Of a DNA stretch of 64,000 bases, positions 58,797 to 64,000 are shown piece after piece. The stretch lies in assembly GCF_964204645.1 (NCBI RefSeq), contig NC_134027.1, forward strand, positions 12,928,485 to 12,992,484, written 5' to 3'. The notes beneath the pieces are model-generated. The model ran no database searches and was not told where the DNA came from. It worked only from the letters and a program-made list of their open reading frames with translations. Within the stretch, counting starts at the first letter, position 1, and each line of letters opens with the position of its first letter. Source of the DNA: Tubulanus polymorphus. Taxonomy: Eukaryota; Animalia; Nemertea. Position numbers and translations under genes: made by a program.

Positions 58797-59334
58797 TTAT
58801 TATAGAAATATTTTTACTTTCAATATTTGAAAATGTTATAACCCCAGTTGATAATAATGTCATTAATCCACCTAATTGAAATGATAAATATCCAATCCAT
58901 TTATTTAATTCAGTCGTAACTAAATAATCATTTTTTAAATCAGCATATAATCTATTTTCATCTTCAATTGGTAGTATAAAATTACATAATTTACTATAAC
59001 CTTTTACTACATTTTCTGATATCGCGTCATTAATTCTAGCTGTTCTCGCGGATTCATAAATCTTAAATAATCTAATAATTTCATCTGATTTCATTGTATC
59101 TAATTCATTATAAGTTAAATTTTTACCGATAAAATTTTTACATTTTCCAGATGCTATTAATATTTCTAATTGATGTTTACAATAAAGATAATATTCATAA
59201 TTATTATTTGTTGTAACATTATTTAAAGCACCATCATCTGGAGTTAATTTTGTTTCTGTTATTCCTAAATCATCTAAAGTTTTTTCAATTGGAACATCAC
59301 CATTTTTAGATTTTATTTTCTTTTCACCTACCAT
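58744..59334 (-). CDS. Conserved 196-aa protein
   Basis: Intact ORF, TAAATG start, homolog in element B. Confidence 0.8.
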   Translation of the reverse strand: MVGEKKIKSKNGDVPIEKTLDDLGITETKLTPDDGALNNVTTNNNYEYYLYCKHQLEILIASGKCKNFIGKNLTYNELDTMKSDEIIRLFKIYESARTARINDAISENVVKGYSKLCNFILPIEDENRLYADLKNDYLVTTELNKWIGYLSFQLGGLMTLLSTGVITFSNIESKNISIINERGGRSEEKTEITETN

Positions 59335-59365
59335 TTATATAACAAAAAAATTAGTTGTGATGTTG

Positions 59366-59637
59366 CAACTAGAATTCAACTAGAATGTAACTAGAATTCA
59401 ACTAGATTAACAAGCTAGTTGAAATATTGTTGTTTTTGTTTATTTCTTGTTAAATCTAGTTGATTTTTGTTCCACTTACTAACAACTAGAATTCAATTAG
59501 AATGTAACTAGAATTAAACTAGATTAACAAGCTAGTTAAAATATTGTTAAATCTAGTTGATTTTTGTTACAACTACCAATAACTAGAATTCAACTAGAAT
59601 GTAACTAGAATTCAACTAGATTAACAAGCTAGTTGAA
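59366..59637. repeat. AACTAGAAT tandem repeat block
   Basis: Copy of 1843-2115. Confidence 0.85.
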
Positions 59638-59638
59638 T

Positions 59639-60247
59639 TTAAATAAATTCATATTTAAATGGGTGTTGTAATCTAAATAGTAATTTTGATCTTTTAATAT
59701 TTTTCAACTTATCCATATATTCATTATGTAAATCATGTGGAATAATATCATTTTCCTCAAGTGCATTTTTCATCGATTTTATATCTTTATTGTAGAATAA
59801 AACTAGAAATCTAATGTTTTCTCTAAAGTCTTAAACAATTGAGTTATATTTTTGATTTAAAACCCAAGTTGTTATCCCAAAATGTCTGCCAGAAAAAGCT
59901 AAATAGCATAACTCACTCTCTCTAACTTTTGAATCATGTAGATTAGCACAATTATCTATAATGAATAATGTATTTGATCCTTTATAAATATCAATTGCTA
60001 TTTTAATACAATTATCTAAATTTTCTTTTACTGTTTTAGGATCTAATATAATAAATTTATTATTTCTAGTAATATTTCTATCATAAGTTTGATTAAATTC
60101 ATATGTTGGACAAAATAATACTATATTATCAAAATAGTTTTTATAAACAGTTTCTAATAAATTTAATATAAAATAAGTTTTTCCACAATTTGTTACATCA
60201 GAAATTAACATATTATGAGGCTCAAATATAAATAATTCCTTATTCAT
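59639..60247 (-). pseudogene. Inactivated packaging ATPase
   Basis: Walker A G>D (SDVTNCGKT), Walker B DN, and premature stop at 59831. Confidence 0.85.
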
Positions 60248-61377
60248 TTATATATTTTTAATTTTACTTGATAATATCCATTCATTGAATTTATCTGGCC
60301 ATCCAACCCATTTTACTAAAGAATATTTTTTTCTTTTAATAGTTTTTGTTTTTAATACTTTTTCAATTTTATATTCTTCTTCTAGATTTTCAGTAGTTAA
60401 ACTCAATTCCTCTTCGTAAAAGTAGCCATCAACTTCTTCACTATCTAAATCTTCTAATTTATAGACATATGGTTTTGTTGTTATAACCTTTTTTATTTTA
60501 TATATTTCTCTAGTAAAATTTCGATCGTATCCTTTGTCAAATATCTTTTTATACTTAGAAATTCTAACATTTTGACCAACTTTAAATTTAGGTTCACCAA
60601 AATCATCTACAAGAAATGCTCCATATAAATTATTCCAAACAATTTCAGCATTTTCAGGTTTTCTAGCATCAATAGGTTTCATTCCAATAGAAGAATGATA
60701 AGAATTATTATATCCTTCTATCAATTTTGGTAAAACATCAATCCATTTAAAAGTATTATTTGCTGTAAAATATTTCCACATTCTTGTTCTTAATGTTCTA
60801 TTAAATCGTTCAACAACTGCTGCTTTTCTATCCGATTTTGTTGAAAAATATTTAATATTATGATTATCTAAGAGTTCATGAACAAGTGAATTATCAAACT
60901 CTTTTCCATCATCAAATTGTATTTTTTCTGGTTTTAGTTTATCATCCGAAAGAATTTTTTTTTTTAAACATTTGATGTTTGTACAGCATCTTTTCTATAA
61001 AGTGGGAAGCTCCATACATAACGACTAAAAATATCAATTATATTCAATAACCACCAATAATCATTATTATCTTTCTTAACATTTTTCATATCAATTAAAT
61101 CTCCTTGCCACTGTTGATCTACATAACTTACCATAGTTTTACGAGTTTTATATTTTCTAACAATTTTTTTATGTGTTGTGTATGTTGGTTGTTCTAACAT
61201 AAATTCATTTATATCTTTATATTTAACTAAATTTTGTGGGATTATCTTATCTAATTTATCTTGTTTTACTTGACGCCATATATTTTTAGTAGAAGAATAA
61301 GCAACCGAACTCTCAGGGTTGTAATATAAATTTCGTAAATATTGTTCTTTAGTATTAGGAGTTTTTTTACCACCGAT
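60248..61377 (-). pseudogene. Frameshifted rve integrase with chromodomain
   Basis: ORF pieces 60964-61200 and 60248-60781 match 2725-3849; frame broken in an expanded T-run near 60960. Confidence 0.85.
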
Positions 61378-61407
61378 TTATATATCTTTAATTTTAACTT
61401 TATATTT

Positions 61408-62656
61408 CTAATATTGAATACTATCTAATTGTGAATTTACAATATTTAATTGCGCGTCAGATATAATATAAATGTGCATTTTAAAATTTAAGCTTCCTTT
61501 TTTTCTTTTTCATAAATAATTGTATTCCATCTTTAGTGTTCTGTAGTTTTTTCTCAGAACCATGAAATGAATTATCCTCTGTTGTTCTAAAATCTAACCA
61601 TAATGCGTATTTATTGCCGGTATAATAATCAAATTGATTAATATTACAATTTTCAAATGATTTTACTTTTTCATTCATAAAATGTTTTCTAATTTCTGGC
61701 CATTGATCTATCATTCTCATTCCTTGACAAAATATTTGATTTGCTATTCCTTCGATAGTTATTTCTACTTTTGTTATTTCAGGATTATAATAATTATCAA
61801 CCTTTATTGCGCCATTAGAATATGTTGCAATGGTAAAAAATATTAATATACCATTAAAAGATCTTCTTGGGAAGTTAATATTCTCATTAATTATTTCATC
61901 ATTTGCATTAATAGTTACAGTTTTAAATTTATCAATATAATCATATAATAATGAAAATCCTTGATTGCATTGAGTTTGAATTGTGCTAGCAATATTTTCA
62001 TTAGTTACTGTGTCATATTCTAAACATATATTTGATAATTTATAACCCATATCTTTAACAACGCTAGATGATACAATTTCATTTACAGGAGCAAATGTTA
62101 TCTCAAATATAATATCTTCTTGAATTGCGTATTTATATAAAGGCGCATTATTATTTATCAATTCAAAGTCTAATGGAATTTTATATTTGCTTCCATAAAT
62201 CTTTTTAATCAAATTATCTGCGGCACGAGATACTATTGCGTCATTAGCTCCTGATCTTAATTTATTATGGTTTTCCGATTGAATATCCTGAAATATCATA
62301 TTATTTCTATTTTCTTTAGTTAACCATAAATCTTTATAATGCATAAATAAATTATAATCATCTAATGAGAAAACTGTTTCTGGACCAATCTTTATTGTTA
62401 ACTTTTTAATCAAATACCTTCCAACATTATCAACAACATAATTGTTATCATGGCCAGTTACTTTTATATCAGCTGACAAATAAATACTATTTGGAACATA
62501 AAAAGTATTTTGTGTTAATCGAGGAATTCTAACATATAAAGTTTCATCGGGATTAATATTTGAAGGATTATGAGTAATTATATGATGTGATCTTTCTGCT
62601 TTAATAGCATTAGATATTCTAGAAATCTTAGAAGGACTTATATAACTCCCACTCAT
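61408..62656 (-). CDS. Putative major capsid protein, frameshift near C-terminus
   Basis: 391-aa ORF matching 36721-37968; the tail continues in another frame after a homopolymer near 61500. Confidence 0.75.
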
Positions 62657-62677
62657 TTATTTAACAAAAAAAGTTAA

Positions 62678-64000
62678 TTATTTATTTTTAATCATATTCA
62701 CTAACCCAAAAATAATAGCACTTACAACTGTAATTAAAAATAAAATAATATGTTCAGCAGCAAAGTTAAGAATATTCCCAGCAGATTTCAATATAAAACC
62801 AACAATTGATGCAATAATTCCTGGTAACGCTGCAGCAGATTTTTTAGATAGTTCCCATAAATATTTTGCTAATTTCTTTAAACCATGTTTAACTTTATCT
62901 TGTATAGAATTATTATCATTCGGGTGTTTATCCGGTTTATTGGGAGTAGGAGTAGATTTCAAAGCATTTGATATTGCTAAACCAATTGTTGTAAATAACA
63001 TAGTTACAGCTGTTAGAATTGAAAGAATTGTTATTCCTTCTAATTTAAATAATAACTTTATTCTATCTTTCAATGATATTTCAGAATTTGGTTTTATCAA
63101 TAAATCTTTGAAAATAACTTTTAATCTATTAATATTATAATCATATGATTTTAATAATAATTTAATTTCTTCTTTTTGTAATTCTATGTTATATCCTAAA
63201 TAATCTTTTTCTTTTTCTAAACGTAATTCTTTTTGCCTATATTCTTTACTATTTATTTCATCAATTACTTGATGATCTAAATCAGACTTTAATTGTTCTA
63301 TTTCTTTATTTTTATCAGTTAATTCTTTTTCTAAAGTTCTAATTTTAAAATCTCTTATACTTTTATCATGCGCAATTTTATCAGATGCAAGTCTTATACT
63401 TTTAATTTCTCTAATTGCTTCAACAGAAAATATATTATTTAAATCTTCTAATTGTTGATCTGTTGCATCAATTAATCCATTCGGTAAAAGTTTTTCAATT
63501 GGAACTTTATTTGATTTAAGTTTACTAGTTTTGGAAGTTATATTCTGTTCAGAAGTAGTTTCTGTTTCTGATTTCTTTTTGATTATTTCAAATAATTCAT
63601 TAATTCTTTGTTTAAATACGTCTATATCATTATTAGTTAATTCTTGTTTTATAACATCAGTTATTACATTACTATTACTAATTCTTTTAATTCTATCTGG
63701 ATCTAATTTTCTCAAAGTTAATTTTGTTATTATTTTTTTTAATAAGTGATATCAATATAATAATCATCTTTCAAACGATAATAACATTTACCATTATCTA
63801 AAAATTTTAATCGATCTGCTAAAAGTCCAACGTCTTCATCATTTATGTTAAGTTTAGATTTTTCAATTAAATCTTCTAATTTAGTTATTTTGTTTAAATT
63901 ATCTAAATTTTCTCTTTCTAAACCTGGGTCTAAATTTTCAGGATTTATTCTCGATCTCTTTCTTCTATCAAATTCATCTGTTGATAGGCCTTTAGAACCA
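62678..64000 (-). pseudogene. Partial coiled-coil/three-TM protein
   Basis: C-terminus matches 38013-39725 and 5097-5534; runs off the window. Confidence 0.7.

Larger units (their letters stand above)
57843..64000. mobile_element. Polinton-like element C (left part; sister copy of element A)
   Basis: Begins AGTAATTAGGAAATGGCG...GAGACACCACTCATCACCACAAG; collinear and near-identical to 350-6350. The predicted TSD AATATC cannot be confirmed in this window. Confidence 0.9.

Noticed and set aside
1-64000. Bacterial prophage or free viral contig
   Set aside because: Spliceosomal introns, eukaryotic transposon superfamilies and TSDs around each viral element show integration in a eukaryotic chromosome.
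57843-64000. Element C as an assembly duplication of element A
   Set aside because: It has a different TIR, different flank, independent lesions and a diverged region in the coiled-coil gene.

Overview
The window is eukaryotic, most likely an invertebrate animal (inferred from spliced genes and the transposon families present), and consists almost entirely of nested mobile elements whose ends and target-site duplications (TSDs) can be read directly. The backbone is a minus-strand BEL/Pao LTR retrotransposon (about 22066-57842). It is hit by four insertions. (1) Polinton/Maverick-like element A (4-22065) sits at its LTR end, carries a LAGLIDADG intein in its DNA polymerase B and has a Kolobok transposon (16542-21939) inside it. 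(2) An IS3EU-type DNA transposon (23749-51860) carries a spliced SAM/UBZ/UIM/HECT ubiquitin-ligase gene and contains complete Polinton-like element B (29582-48163). (3) A non-autonomous element with a 9-bp TSD (52817-56186) contains a 2.2-kb mini-Polinton. (4) Element C (57843 to window end) is a sister copy of A. The most interesting signal is that the AT-rich elements A, B and C look like endogenous satellites (virophage-like) of a cytoplasmic large DNA virus. Nearly every gene starts in a T-run/spacer/TAAATG context matching poxvirus late promoters, the intein occupies the YxD/TDS site used by giant-virus PolB inteins, and element B carries an NCLDV-type HNH gene and 268-bp fold-back hairpins at both ends. 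Protein family calls come from motif recognition by eye; no database searches were run.
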